Source: Squalus acanthias (taxonomy: Eukaryota). From it: a stretch of 64,000 nucleotides of DNA. Positions 12,840 to 26,736 of the stretch are shown piece after piece. The first letter of the stretch is position 1; every line of letters starts with the position of its first letter. A program made the translations under genes and the position numbers. The DNA is taken from contig CM059432.1 in the NCBI GenBank assembly GCA_030390025.1, positions 20,028,001 to 20,092,000 of the forward strand. The letters run 5' to 3'. The notes below the pieces were generated by a model. That model was given only the letters and a program-made list of their open reading frames with translations, made no database searches and was not told where the DNA came from.

Positions 12840-14330
12840 CTATGACCATGTCGGGAATTTCAATTTGTCTGGCACTAATTGGGAAGATTACACTGGGAAT
12901 CAGAAAGTGAATTACTATTGATTATGGGCTGTTATATGACTCACAGTCATGGAAACTATAATGGGGCTGGAAAAGTCAAGGAATGGCGGACATGGTCAAA
13001 ATCAGAGAATCAGAGAATGGCTAAATAAGAATGAGCACAATATGGTGGAGCTCAAATTAAGATTGAAGTGGGAAAATAAAAAAGTGCAGAAAAGCCCTTT
13101 GGTTTCAGAAAGGCAAGTTGTAAGCGGCTGAGGAAGGAACTAAGAGTCATGAATTGCATATTGTGTAACATGAGATATGTACAGAGGCATAATTAGGAGA
13201 CGAACAAACAAATATATTCCACTAAGTAATAAGTGCGGTAGAGCAGGCAGGAAACTGAAGTGTGCAACAAGAGAAGTAATTTGGTGGAAAAGGGATAAAA
13301 GGTCTTCGATTAAAATACAGGTGTAATTAAAGATAGGAATGAATAGATAAAAAGGTAAAAGAAGGGAAGAAATTGATTAGGAGGCCCCATGATAGTTAAG
13401 GATATTAGGACTGCAGCAAATATTTCAAAAATGTGATAGGTTTATTTAAATGCATCCAAGGAAAACAGTTGCCAAAGGAAGCAGTGAAGCCCTGAGGGAT
13501 CGCAGGGTGGAGTGGGGGATATGATAACAAATGATCAAGGAATGGAGAAAGTCCTTAATGACGTCTTTGTGCCAGCATTTACAAATGAGTCTGAGGATTG
13601 CCGTCCCCATACACAATTAGAATTTAAAGGGCAAGATGAAGAAAAAAAAGCTGATGAGGTGTAGAAATTACCTAGAAAGAATACTAAATGACAGCAAGGC
13701 AAGTAACCCCGACAGGCATCACAATACAGCATTAAGAGAGATGGCAAATCAGTCACATCCTAACATACAATTTAAGAGAATTACTTCATACCAAGTTGCT
13801 GTAGGGAGGCAAATGTAGTGGCAGTTTATATAATTTAAAAAAAACAACAGAATAACAGCCTGTGAACTTGGCAGTAATGGTGGGTAAAGTTACAGGAATT
13901 ATCCTAAGAATAGTGAGGCATCACAAGAAACATAAAAAGTAATCAACATGGATTCATAGGTGGTAGATCGTGCTAGACAAGTCTATGATGCATCCTTTGA
14001 GGATATAACAGAGTTAGTTGACGTGGGGAACTCAATAGAATTAATAAACCTAGACTTTAGCAAAGCCTTTGATATAGTATCACACAGGAAATTACTTTCC
14101 AAGATATAAAAAAAAGGCTTGCAGTAGGAGGGAAGCTTCTTAAGTGATAACAAACTGGTTGAGTCAGAAGAAGCAAAGGGTAGTTGTTAAGGGAGCTGCA
14201 CCAATATAGAAAGATGTGACTGGTGGGGTGCCAACAGGGATTGTTTCTGGGGCTATTGTTTTTTTCAATTTATATTGGAGCATGAAACAAAGGTCTTCAA
14301 TTTGCCGACAATATAAAATCAGACAGTGGA
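12840..14330 (+). mobile_element. Old, highly decayed CR1-like LINE (5' part; continues at about 17241-18010)
   Basis: Degenerate RT motifs: aatcaacatggattc, ctagactttagcaaagcctttgat, ggtggggtgccaacaggg, tttgccgac. Confidence 0.7.
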
Positions 14331-14349
14331 ATAGAGCACTATAGTGAAT

Positions 14350-17240
14350 AGAAGAAAAATTCAAAAATGGGTTTAGAATGCATGTACGTAAACACACAAA
14401 GTGTGGTGAATAAGGTTGGTGAGCTGCAAGCACAATTAGCCGTGTGGCAATATGATGCTGTGGCAATAACGGAAACATGGCTTAAAAACGGTGAGGTCTG
14501 GGCACTTAATATTCAAGGGTACAAGGTGTTCAGAAAAGATAAGGAAGGAAAAAAGGGAGGTGGGGTGGCAGTGCTGATTAAGGAAGACATTGTAGTGTTG
14601 GAAAGGGAGGATGTTCTTGAGGGGACAAGGACAGAATCCATTTGGTTAGAGTTGAGGAGCAAAAAGGGTTTGATCACGCTATTGGGGGTATTCTACAGGC
14701 CTCCAAATAGTGAGAGGGAGGTAGAAGAGCAAATCTGCAGGGAAATCGCAGAGACATGCAAGAGCTATAGAGTGGTGATATTGGGGGACTTTAATTACCC
14801 AAATATCGATTGGGATAATGCTAGGGTAAAGGGAAAGGAGGGGGAGGAATTTCTGAAATGTGTTCAGGAGAATTTCCTTGTCCAGTATGTTCTTGGCCCA
14901 ACTAGAAAGGAGGCATTGCTGGATCTGGTGCTGGGGAATGAGATGGGCCAGGTCGACCAAGTGTCTGTGGGAGAACACTTGGGTACGAGTGATCATCGTA
15001 TCATAAGATTTAGCCCAGCAATAGAGAGGAGCAAGGAACAATCTAGAGTGGAACTTCTAAACTGGAATAGGGCTAACTTCAATGGGAGGCGAAAGGATCT
15101 AGCCAGGGTAAAATAGAACCAAAGACTGACAGGAAAAACTGTAACGTAACAATGGGTGATCTTTAAGGAGGCGATGTTCCAAGTACAGGCTAGGTACATT
15201 CCAACAAGAGGGAAGGGTAAGGGAACCAAAGCAAGGGCTCCTTGGATGACGAGGGAGATTGAGAAGATGACAAAACAAAAAAATAGGGTGTATGATGAAT
15301 GTCAGGTGAATTCTTCAAGGGAGAACCAGACCAAATACAATAAGTTGAGAGGGGAAGTGAAGATGAAAATAAGATTGGCAAAGAGAGAATATGAGAGTAG
15401 AATGGCAGTTAACATAAAAGGGAACCCAAAAATCTTCTACCGGCATGTAAACAGTAAGCGGGTCATAAGAGGCGGGGTAGGGCCTATTAGGGACAAAGAA
15501 GGTGATATATGCTTAGAGGTGCAGGGCAAGCTAGAATACTCAATGAGTACTTTGTATCGGTGTTTACTAAGGAGGTGGATGCTGACAAAATATCAGTAGA
15601 AGTGGAAAAGGTAGAAGCAATGGAAGGGGTGAAAATTGACAGACAGGTTGTACTAGAAAGGCTGGGTATGCTTAGAGTGGATAAATCGCCTGGTCCAGAT
15701 GGCTTACATCCCATGTTGCTAAGGGAATTGTGGGAAGAGATAGTGGAAGGGCTTGCCATAATTTTCCAATCTTCCCTAGATGCGGGGGAGGTGCCTGAGG
15801 GTTGGAAAATGGCAAATGTGACACCATTATTCAAGAAAGGGTGTAAGGACAATCCTAGTAACTACAGGCCAGTCAGTTTATCAGTGGTGGGTAAAGTTTT
15901 AGAAACAATAATCAAGAAAAAAATTAACGGGCACTTGGAGAGGTTTAAGCTAATTAAGGAGAGCCAACACGGATTTGTAAAAGGCAGATCGTGTTTGACT
16001 AATCTAATTGAATTTTTTGGTGAAGTAACAGGGAGGATTGATGAAGAAATGCAATGGATGTTGTCTACATAGATTTTAGGAAGGCGTTTGACAAAGTACC
16101 ACATAGAAGGCTGGTTAACAAAATTGAGGCTCATGGAAAAGGTGGGTCAGTGGCAGCTTGGATAAGGAATTGGCTTAAGGACAGAAAACAGCGAGTTGTG
16201 GTAAATGGCTACTTTTCAGACTGGAGGATGGTCGACAGTAGTGTTCCCCAAAGGTCAGTGCTGGGGCCACTGCTTTATTTGATATATATGAATGACCTGG
16301 ATATTGGAATACAGAGTAGAATTTCTAAATTTGCCGATGACACCAAACTTGGGGATGTGGCAAACAGTGAGGATGATACCAATCAACTGCAACAGGACAT
16401 AGAAAGGCTAGCAGAATGGGCAGACAAGTGGCAGATGAAATTTAATACAGAGAAGTGTGAGGTGATACATTTTGACAGAAGGAACAGGGAGAGGCAATAT
16501 ACACTTAATGGCACAGTTTTAAAGAATGTGCAGGGACAGAGGGACCTGGGAGTTAATGTGCATAGGTCCCTGAAGGTGGCAGGACATATTGAGAGAGTGG
16601 CTAGCAAAGCATATGGGATCTTGGGCTTCATAAACAGATATTGAGTACAAAAGTAGAGATGTTATGCTGAGCCTTTACAAAGCACTGGTTAGGCCACAAC
16701 TGGAGTATTGCGTCCAGTTCTGGTCACCGCACTTTAGGAAGGATGTGAAGGCATATGAGAGGGTGCAGAGGAGATTTACCAGAATGGTTCCAGGGATGGG
16801 GGATCTTAGCTACAAGGACAGGTTGGAGAAGCTGGATTTGTTTTCATTCGAGCAAAGGAGGTTGAAGGGTGATTTGATAGAGGTGTACAAGATTATGACG
16901 GGTTTGGATAGGCTAGACGGGGAAAGGCTGTTCCCACTAGTTATGGTACAAGGACTAGGGGACACAGATTTAAGGTTTTGGGCAAGAGATACAAGGGGTA
17001 TGTGAGGAAAAACCATTTTACGCAAGCGAGTGGTGAGGACCTGGAACTCGCTGCCAACGGAAGTGGTGAAAGCGGAGACACTCAATGTTTTCAAGGGGAG
17101 ACTGGATAGGCACTTGAGGGAAATAAACTTGCAAGGCTACGGGGATAGAGCGGGGGAATGTGACTGACTGGATTGCTTTACAGAGAGCCGGCGAAGACTC
17201 AATGGGCCGAATGGCCTCCTTCTGTGCAGTTATGACTCTA
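14350..17240 (+). mobile_element. CR1 LINE with nearly complete ORF2 (APE + RT), several frameshifts and stops
   Basis: ORFs 14367-15116 (ITETWL, GGGVA, GDFNYP, SDH), 15156-15599, 15509-16072, 16054-16644 and 16664-17005. 3' tail tatgactctat. Confidence 0.96.
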
Positions 17241-18010
17241 TAAGAGCAACAAGTAGACTAGTTTCAGAGAGATCTGTACAGATTGGAAGGTTGGACCAAA
17301 AAATTGGGAGATATTCTTTAATGTAGAAAAAAGAAAAGTCATGAAACTGCAGAAAGAAAACAAACAGCGAGAGCACAAAGTCAATAGGAAGAGTCTACAG
17401 GGAACATTACAAGAGAAGGATTTGTGGGGATTTAGTGGGGAAAACCCTTAAACCAACAGCAGAAATGTGAAAAGGGAAAACTGGATATTAAGGTGCACAG
17501 ATTGAGTACAAAGTCCCAGGACGCGAGCATCAGTTTGTATAAAGCACTAGCCTGCCCTCACCTTGGGCACCATACCATACGGGAGACACACTGGAGGGAG
17601 TACAAAGAAGGACAACGAAGTTAATAAATGGAATTGGATACCTCGGCTATAAGGGAAGGTACTTAATATCCTAAAGGGAATAGACAAACTCTATTTTGTT
17701 TAATATTATGTTCAATATTAAACATAAGATCTAGGATAATGGAACATGGATCCAAGCACAGACAAGAAATTGTGGTGAACAGTTGAGATATAACTTCTTC
17801 AAGCAGAAGGTGATGAATATGTGGAATAGCCTATTGAGGGAAGCAGTGCAAGTGGAGGATGTCACAAATTTCAAGAGGGTGATGGATAATTTTTTGGCAG
17901 ACATGGCTATTGTAGGCTATGAAATAAAGTTGAGTAGGATGTCTGTGAACATTTGGACTGGCACAATAAATGGAAAGGGTCTTTACTAGTACTGTACGGC
18001 CTTATGCTCA
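17241..18010 (+). mobile_element. Old decayed CR1-like LINE, 3' part
   Basis: Resumes after the FADD region (ttaatgtagaaaa..aaagtcatg) and includes RYNFFKQKVMNMWNSL. Confidence 0.7.
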
Positions 18011-18554
18011 TAAGGACGTTGGGACCTATTGAGAAGTGATGCTTAGTATCAAGTATAGGATGCACCAAGAGGTCCTGCAGCTCTACCTATTTTTCCTCCT
18101 CTCGGTCAGTTAGCATATCATGGGTAACCATGGTCTCAAGGTGATTGCTTGAGGGAGTTGCAGAAGAATTTCCCAGAGTTTTGCCGGAACTTGGTCACGG
18201 GTTTTTTCTGAATTTTTTTGCCTCCCCAAAGAGTTAGTATAACTACTGGTTCAAGAGGTTAGTGTACGAGCTTGCACCATCTAACGGATAAGATAAGTAC
18301 TAATGGACCTCATGATCTTTTCTTACTCATTTTATCGTAAATTCCTATGCATTTGTTAACTCACCAAGGAGAGATTACTTCTAGTTGTTATGTGTTAGCA
18401 ACATTGTAAGATTTTCTCTTATTGCTACATTGGGCAAAATCATAAACCTGTTCTCTAAAGAATGGCATATTAAATACTCCTGTGATTTTTATGACGTCAC
18501 TCACACATGCTGAAGGAAATCTTTCCTTAGGTCACCATGTCTGAGTGACGTCTG

Positions 18555-18835
18555 TAAAAATAAGGGGTCGCCCATTTAAGACAGAGATGAGGAGAACTTT
18601 TTTCTCACAGAGGGTCGTGAGTCTTTGGAACTCTCTTCGTCAGAGGGCGGTGGAAGCAGAGTCTTTGAATATTTTTAAGGCAGAGGTTGATAGATTCTTG
18701 ATGAGCAATGGGGTGAAAGTTTATCGGGGGTAGGTGGGAATGCAGAGTAATCAGATCAGCCATGATCTTATTGAATGGCGGAGCAGGCTCGAGGGGCCAA
18801 GTGGCCTACTCCTGCTCCTAATTCGTCTGTTTGTA
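18555..18835 (+). mobile_element. CR1 3' fragment
   Basis: KIRGRPFKTEMRRTFFSQRVVSLWNSL plus CR1 3'UTR. Confidence 0.88.
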
Positions 18836-19429
18836 TTCTTAGAATAAAACAATATTGGTGCTGAAATGAACTTTAATCATAAAATGCTGGTCTTTTGTGG
18901 AGCAAATAGGCGTGATTTTATTGATGATTCATTTTGACAACATTGTCATAGATAAGTGCACATGAAAAATGACAGATGGGATAGACAATGCTCAAATATT
19001 TCATACCTCTTAAGCATCATAAAATAATCCATCTAGCTGTTAATTGTGGCAGCAATATGTTGAATTGCACACTGTTTAGAAATTGGCAGAAAGAGCATTA
19101 ATCCTTTCATCTGAATGAGATGCAACCAAAAACGACCAAGGGGAAGAACAAAATTAGATTGGGCTGTAGTATTTCCAGTACATTCTCTAATTTCCAGTCC
19201 TGGGCTCCCGTTTCCACTTCATTCTCCCAAAGTCATTACTACATTGCCCAAGACCATTGGTACTGCTCCCAGCTCCACTGCTGATTGTTGTCACTAACGC
19301 ACACACACAAAATGAACTGGTCTCAAAAATCGCTGGAAATCTTCAGTGAATGATGCTCAATTCTGGCAATGTGCACACATTCAACGACTGCATACATCCA
19401 ACAACTCCAGAAATGCGAGGGCATACATA

Positions 19430-19832
19430 TCAGGAAAGGATGAACAGGCTGGGTCCTTTTTTTTCTTGAAAAAAGGCTGAGGGGTGACCTAATAGAGGTC
19501 TATAAAATTATGAAAGGATTTGATAGAGTGGATACAGAGAGAGTGTTTCCACTTGTGGGGAAGAGCATAACTAGAGGCCATCAATATAAGATAGTCACCA
19601 AGAAATCCAATAGGGAATTCAGAAGAAACTTCTTTACCCAGAGAGTGGTGAGAATATGGAACTCGCTACCACAGGGAGTGGTTGAAGCGAAGAGTATAGA
19701 TGCATTTAAGGGGAGGCTGGACAAACATATGAAGGAAACAGAGGGTTATGCTGATAGATTTAGACGCGGAAAGACGGAGGAGGCTCGAGTGGACTGGTTG
19801 GGTCGAATGGCCTGTTTCTGTGCCGTATATAC
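19430..19832 (+). mobile_element. CR1 3' fragment (tail interrupted by a MITE)
   Basis: MKGFDRVD..RRNFFTQRVVRIWNSLP. The tail ..tgccgtatatactat resumes as tatgtaat at 22116. Confidence 0.88.
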
Positions 19833-19835
19833 TAT

Positions 19836-22115
19836 GGCCCAGAAATTCCATTCGCAGCCCTCCCGCGGTCAGAGGGCTGCGATTCGGAAAAATCTGCGCC
19901 TGGATCGGAGGGCTCCCGGGAGGCGCAGTATTCCGTTGCATTGCCTCTTCAATCTGCCGGTGTGCAGTGCTCGCGTATCTCAGGGGCGCAGCTAGTTCGC
20001 AGCGTCCCTGGGATCACGTGGGCCATGGGGAGCCAATCAGAGCAGGGAATCTCCAGTCATAGATTTGACAGGAAGACCTGTCAAATCTATGAATAGAGAT
20101 CAGCCCCAAAACATAAGTAAAAGTTCAAATACATTTTTTTTAAAAGTCACATTTTTAAAACGACTATAAATTACATAAATTAACTATTTTAAACAAAAAT
20201 TTAAATTTTTGAAAAAAATAATTAAAGTTTTTAACGGGGCTAAAAATAAACTTACCTTTCTTAAAGTATTTTAAAATGATAAATCAGTGGAAATTTTTTT
20301 TTTTACTTTCTTAAACTATTAGCCTGCTAAAAGCAGGCCTTGCGCCTGCTTTTCTAGGTGCAGCTGTTCCCGACTTACCTGGACTCAAGCCAGTGTGAAA
20401 AAAATGGAAGTTTCTAACGTACGCGCTGCCTATCCGGCGCAGGGGTTTGACCTGGGAAGCCCTTTCATAGAAACATAGACGATAGGAGCAGGAGTAGGCC
20501 ATTCGGCCCCTCCAGCCTGCTCCGCCATTTAATGAGATCATGGCTGATCATCCAAATTCAGTACCCTGTCCCTGCTTTCTCCCCATATCCCTTGATCCCT
20601 TTAGCCTTAAGAAATATGTCTATCTCCTTCTTGAATATATTTAATGAATTGGCCTCAACTGCCTTCTGTGGTAGAGAATTCCACAGGTTCACCACTCTCT
20701 GGGTGAAGAAATTCCTCCTCATCTCAGTCCTAAATGGCTTACCCCTTATCCTTAGACTGTGGCCTCTGGTTCTGGACTCCCCCGCCATCGGGAACATCCT
20801 TCCTGCATCTAGACTGTCTAGTCCTGTTAGAATTTTATAAGTTTCAATGAGATCCCCTCTCATTCTTCTGAACTCTAGCAAATACAAGCCCAATCGTCCC
20901 AATCTCTCTTCATACGTCATTCCTGCCATCCCAGGTATCAGTCTGGTGAATCTTCGCTGCACTCCCTCCATGGCAAGAACATCCTTCTCAGATAAGGCGA
21001 CCAAACTGCACACAATACTCAAGGTGTGGTCTCACCAAGGCCTGTACAACTGCAGCAAGACATCCTTGCTCCTGTACTCGAATCGTCTCGCTATGAAGGC
21101 CAACATACCATTTGCCTTCTTAACCGCCTGCTGCACCTGCATGCTTACCTTCAACGACTGGTGCACAAAGACTCCCAGGTCTCATTGCACTTCCCCTTCT
21201 CCCAATCTATTGCCGTTCAGATAATAATCTGCCTTCCTGTTTTTGCCACCAAAGTGGATAACCTCGCATTTATCCACATTATACTGCATCTGCCATGTAT
21301 CTGCCCAATCACCCAACTTGTCCAAATCATACTGGAGTTTCTCTGCATCCTCCTCACAACACACACGCTCACCCAGCTTTGTGTCATCTGCAAACGTGGA
21401 GATATTACATCTAGTTACCTCGTCTAGATCATTAATATATATTGTGAATAACTGGGGTCCTAGCGCCGATCCCTGCGGTACCCCACTAGTCACTGCCTGT
21501 CACTCGGAAAAAGACCCGTTTATTCCAACTCTTTGCTTCCTGTCTGCCAACCAGTTCTCTATCCAAATCAGTACCTTACCCCCAATCCCATGTGCTTTAA
21601 CTTTGCACGCCAATCTCTTATGCGGGACCTTATCGAAAGCCTTCTGAAAGTCCAAATACACCACATCCACTGGTTCTCCCTTATCTATTTTCCCAGTTAC
21701 ATCCTCAAAAAATTCCAGTAGATTAGTCAAGCATGATTTACCTTTTGTAAATCCATGTTGACTTTGTCCGATCCTGTTACTGTTTTCCAAGTCCTCTGCT
21801 ATTACATCTTTTATGATGGACTCTAGCATTTTCCCCACTACCGATGTCAGGCTTACCGGTCTATAATTCCCCGTTTTCTCTCTCCCACCTTTTTTAAATA
21901 GTGGGGTTACATTAGCTACCCTCCAATCCATGGGAACTGTTCCAGAGTCTATGGAATTTTGGAAGATGACCAGCAATGCATCTACTATTTCTGCAGAGAA
22001 CGGAAGTGCCGGTTTCCAGCGCATGCGCAGTGCATGCGTAAAACCGGCACTTCCGTTGGCCCTACGGGTGAGTACACAGCGCATACACACCCGTAGGGAA
22101 CGGAATTTCTAGGCC
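19836..22115. mobile_element. Harbinger-type MITE (about 750 bp net) interrupted by a CR1
   Basis: TIRs ggcccagaaattccatt and aacggaatttctaggcc, 3-bp TSD tat on both sides. Confidence 0.85.
20466..21992 (-). mobile_element. CR1 LINE, 5'-truncated RT, nested in the MITE
   Basis: ORFs 21500-22090 (part), 21182-21493 and 20558-21022 carry CR1 RT motifs. Tail catagaaacataga. Confidence 0.95.
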
Positions 22116-22860
22116 TATGTAATGCATATCTTAGCCAAGTGATTGTAATCTGAAAACTCACTTCTTGTCTAAACTTTAATCCACCTCATGCGCATTAAAC
22201 ATCGGTCTGATATCCACTGGGCAATACACTAAAATAATATTTATTTTCTCCAAGTAAAAGACTGATCATTGAGTAATTCTTATCTTTTAGCTATTCAAGG
22301 AATGTCAGTGTGAGCTTGATTCAGTTGGTAGGACACTCTTTCTGATTCAATGGATTAAAAAATGCATTCATAAACTCGTTCAGCCCATCGTGCCTGTGCC
22401 GGCTCTTTGAAAAAGCTATCCAACTAGCCCCACACCACTGCTCCTTCCCCACAGCCCTACGAATCTTTCCTTTTCAAGTTTATATCCAATTCCCTTTTGA
22501 AAGTTACTGTTGAATCCTGCTTCCACCACACTTTTGGCTGCCCCTGCCCATTTATATAGCATCATATCTTTTCCTCAGGCCATTCCAATGAACTTAACAG
22601 TCAATAAATTGCTTTTGAAGTATAGTCGCTGTTGTTATGTAGGTAAAATACAATCTGCGCACAGCAAGGTCCCATAAACAGCAAATTAAATGAATGATCA
22701 CTGAACTTGTTTTTTTTCGCTGATGGTGGTTGAGGGAGAATAGTTCACCAGAAAGGCACACAATAGGAGGGAAGCTTTTGAAATTAACTGGTTGAGTCAG
22801 AGGATGAGATGTTCAACCCCATCTACTTTGTTTGGTGATTCTGGACAGGCATTAATCAGG

Positions 22861-23305
22861 AAGCTCGACACCATCCAGGACAAAGCAGCCCGCTTGATTG
22901 GCACCCCATCCACCACCTTAAACATTCACTCCCTCCGCCACCAGCGTACCGTGGCTGCAGTGTGTACCATCTACAAGATGCACCAAGGCTTCTTCGGCAG
23001 CACCTCCCAAACCCGCGATCTCTTCCACCTAGAAGGACAAGGGCAGCAGGCGCATGGGAACATCACCACCTCCAAGTTCCCCTCCAAGTCACACACCATC
23101 CTGACTTAGAAGTATATCGCCGATCCTTTATCGTCGCTGGGTCAAAATCCTGAACTCCCTCCCTAACAGCACTGTGGGAGTACCTTCACCACACGGACTG
23201 CAGCGGTTCAAGAAGGGGGCTCACCACCACCTTCTCAAGGGCAATTAGGGATGGGAATAAATTCTGGCCTTGACAGCGACACCCACATCCCATAAACGAA
23301 TAATA
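22861..23305 (+). mobile_element. 3' fragment of an L2/CR1-group LINE (same family as 53645-55165)
   Basis: KLDTIQDKAARLIGTPSTTLNIHSL..VAAVCTIYKMH and tail gggcaattagggatggg. Confidence 0.85.
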
Positions 23306-23339
23306 ACCGGTGAAGAGCAGTGAGCTCTCTATATGTTCT

Positions 23340-23550
23340 GCCCCAACATTCTTTCCTCAACTAACACCACCAAAAACAGATTAACTGCTCATTTATCTCA
23401 CAACTATTTATGGGATATGTGCAAAATAACTGCCACATTTGCCTACGTAATAACAGTCAGTGACCTCCAAAAGTAAGTAATTGCATACAAAATGCTTTGA
23501 AACATTTGAAAGATGTGATAGGGTACGAGAGAAGTGCAAGTCTTTCTTTT
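23340..23550 (+). mobile_element. Decayed Deu-domain-like SINE fragment (similar pieces near 22590-22720(-), 24790-24985, 47050-47190)
   Basis: Shared ccctcaactaacaccaccaaaaacagat..catttatctca..tgtgcaaa..acaacagt core and aatgcaagtctttc-type tail. Confidence 0.55.
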
Positions 23551-23804
23551 ACCAAAACTAACTTTAGACTTGCCCAATTTGGTAACAAAATTTAAATCAC
23601 TGAGAAATTAGTATATTTTTCATCCTTATCTCATTAATATTTTGCACTTATATCGCACTAAGAAAGCATCAAACACATTTCACAATTTGCAGGAAAAAAA
23701 ACAACTGTGAGGAATAAATGCTTAAGTACTGCTATTCTGCAAGTTAGTAACAACCACTTCAAAAGAAGTAAACTTTCCTCAACATAACCATTGCCCTTTA
23801 TATT

Positions 23805-24548
23805 GGTCTGGATTTTGCGCTCTCGATGACAGTGACAGCGTACGCCATCATAAGCCATCAGAAAGGCCCCGCAAGTTCCAGGAAAACCTGGCACTTGCGA
23901 TCTGTCAAGGTTCGCCTTGACAGGTCTACCGCACCGACCCAAAAATCACTTTAGCTGGCACAGAGTTAGCGATTTGCCCAACTGCTGCCCAGCAAATGCC
24001 CACAAAACCCTTACACCTGGTAAAAGCAGGCATAGGGCTTGCTTTCACCAGCGTAAGGATTACTATAAATCTGAACTTAAACAGTTAAAAATAAAAAATC
24101 ATGCACAAACATTTACAATTAGTCTGTGTAAATTTTGGCCCGGATTAAAATGCTTAAAATTATTTTTCAAAAAATATTTTTTTTATTGTATATGCTATAT
24201 TGAAGGGACTTTTAATTTAATTTGAAAATGGGGTCATTTATTTTTATTCCAGTTGCATAAATTATTTAATTATTCGGGGATTCCTCACATGCTTATGGGG
24301 ATTCCGTTCGCAAATGGAATCCCATAAGCATATTAGGAATCCTCCTTTCTGATTGGAGGACCTGGCCCATGTGATTCCCAGGAACCACCCACATCCCTGG
24401 GATCCATGGGCCTTTATGCAGGCGTACACCTGGAGGTTCAGGACCCGAAGTGTCCGAAGCCCGGGAGCCTGAAGGAAGGTGTGGATTTTTTTTAAATCGG
24501 GTTGGAGGCGTACTCCGGAGGTACGCCTCCGACTGCAAATTCCGGGCC
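23805..24548. mobile_element. Harbinger-type MITE
   Basis: TIRs ggtctggattttgc and gcaaattccgggcc, TSD att/att, internal hairpin cttatggggattcc..ggaatccccataag. Confidence 0.82.
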
Positions 24549-26337
24549 ATTAATCCCGTTACCCATCTCTACCCCCTATAATCTATAGGCTTTTATACAC
24601 CAAGCTTGGTATCAGCTAACCACCACTTGATTCACTTCCTTTTCTTTCTTACAGTTTTCTATGTTCATTGTATCATGCACTTTAGGCCTTCGCCCTGCAA
24701 CTAGATTCCTAGGTAATAAAACAAAATAGAAGCCACGGTAATCCACAGCAGAACATAGGACTGGATAGAAAACCAAAATAGTCCTGGTGCCCTGGCCAAT
24801 ATTTATCCCTCAACTAACACCACCAAAACAGATTTTCTTGTCATTTATCCCATCGCTCTCAATTGGATCTTGCTGTGTGTAAATTGTACATTTTCCTACA
24901 ATAACAACACTTCAGAAGTAATGCATTGGCTGTGATGTGCTTCCTGAGAAATTGAAAGATGCTATGTCAATGAAATTTGCTCTTTCATTCTTTCTTTCTC
25001 TCTCTGTTGCTATGTGGCAGGATAGATGTATTTACTGAAAGAGTGATGAAAATGTGTCCTGCAGAGTAGCAGAGGCAAAATTATTGAGGATATTTAGAAC
25101 ACAGTTGAATGCTGTGCTGTGTGTGTTAGGGCCAGAGAGGGATGCATTTTGATGGCCACGTAATCTTTTCTCATCTGTGACTTTTCTTAGGTTCTTATGT
25201 GTACAGTATCAGTGACCCACTCTACAGTACATCAAGATAAAAAATAGCACTGCACCATTTTCCAGTCTCAGAGTAATTCTTCTGCACGACACATATTAAA
25301 TTTCAAATCAGCCTTAACCTTGACCGAGGCAAAAAACAGTTAGATCCTGACCATTTCAGTCACACTTCCAGAAACAAGTTTCTAGTGCAACTCGTATTTT
25401 ATTGCGTAGTGGAAAGGGGGCGGGGGAATCAATAATTATTGCGGAGCCTCAATTTGAAATCTGAATTGACAAGGCCTGCACAATTTTGACAAATTTCGAT
25501 TGGCGTTGTGTGGGGAAGCACTTTATTACTAAGTGTAATAGTTATCATTCATTATGGCACGAAGGTAAATACAAGCTACTGTATTTGAAAGAAAACAGGT
25601 GAACTGATTAAGCTGAGACTCCAATGCAATTCTCCTAACAAGCGAATGAGTAACGATTCCATTAGATACAGTTAAGAAATAAATGAAGTACAATGAAAGA
25701 TGGTACGTATGAACCAATTATAGGAAAATACAGTACATTTGATTAAAATACATTAGTCAGCACTATAGACAATAAATGGATGATACAAGTAATATAAAAT
25801 TACCTAGAAATGGAAAGACCATTTTGTCTTCTGCCAAGGGATTGATTTTATGATTTTACTGTAGGCTAAGTTTTGCCAAGAAATCTAATGGTAAAAAAGA
25901 TTCAGTCAAGTTCTGAACTATCTGTTGCTTTATGTGCCAAAATGAAGAATATAACGCTCTTTGCATTAGTAATTATTATATGACAATCACAAATGGATCC
26001 CTACTCTATTTTGATTGTTCCGTACTTTGAGGTATCCCTGATTCTATGCGTCAGTGTCCAGACAAAAAGGCAGATTAAACAAGCTTGATACTAAATTATA
26101 CTGTATTGTTTCGAACCACGTGCAGGAGTGCTTCAGAAGATTTTGTCTGCAGCAACATACACGTAACATTTAGTTACCTGTCAAGGCGTGCAGCCCAAGT
26201 TACCTGATACCGTAATCACCTCCGTGGAAAAAGTTTTGTTTGGGCAAGTGGATTTCTGCAAGAGTTTGTTCTGGTCATGCTATTCTTAAATGATCTGGAG
26301 AAGGGTACTTCTTGTAAACATATTTGTTCCAAGCTAT

Positions 26338-26600
26338 CATAGAAACATACAGCACAGAAGGGGGCCATTTGGCCCATCGTGCCTCTGCCAGCTCTTTGAA
26401 AGAGCAAACAAATTACTCCCATTACCCGACTCTTTCCCCATAGCCCTGCAATTTTTCTTGCTCAAGTTTTTATCCAATTCCCTTTTGAAAGTTACTATGG
26501 AATCTGTCTCCACCACCCTTTCAGGCAGTGCATTCTAGATCATAACAACTCGCTGCATAAAAAAAATTCTCTTCATTTCCCTCTGGTTCCTTTGCACATT
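26338..26600 (-). mobile_element. CR1 3' fragment (similar piece at about 22370-22530)
   Basis: CR1 3'UTR and FFMQRVVMI/WNALP region. Confidence 0.8.
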
Positions 26601-26736
26601 ATCTTCAATCTTTTCTCTGTTTCTTTGCCTCTCCCAGGATATTGTGTGGTCAGGGGGTGGGTCAATGGTGCCCCCATTTCTGGGTGGGGTGGGCTTGACG
26701 GGCCTGGAGGCCTTGTCTTGTATGTTAGAAGACAAA

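Noticed and set aside
5590..21647. Numerous antisense ORFs over CR1 copies (e.g. 6220-6657, 21243-21647)
   Set aside because: Shadow frames of CR1 ORF2 that recur in every copy.
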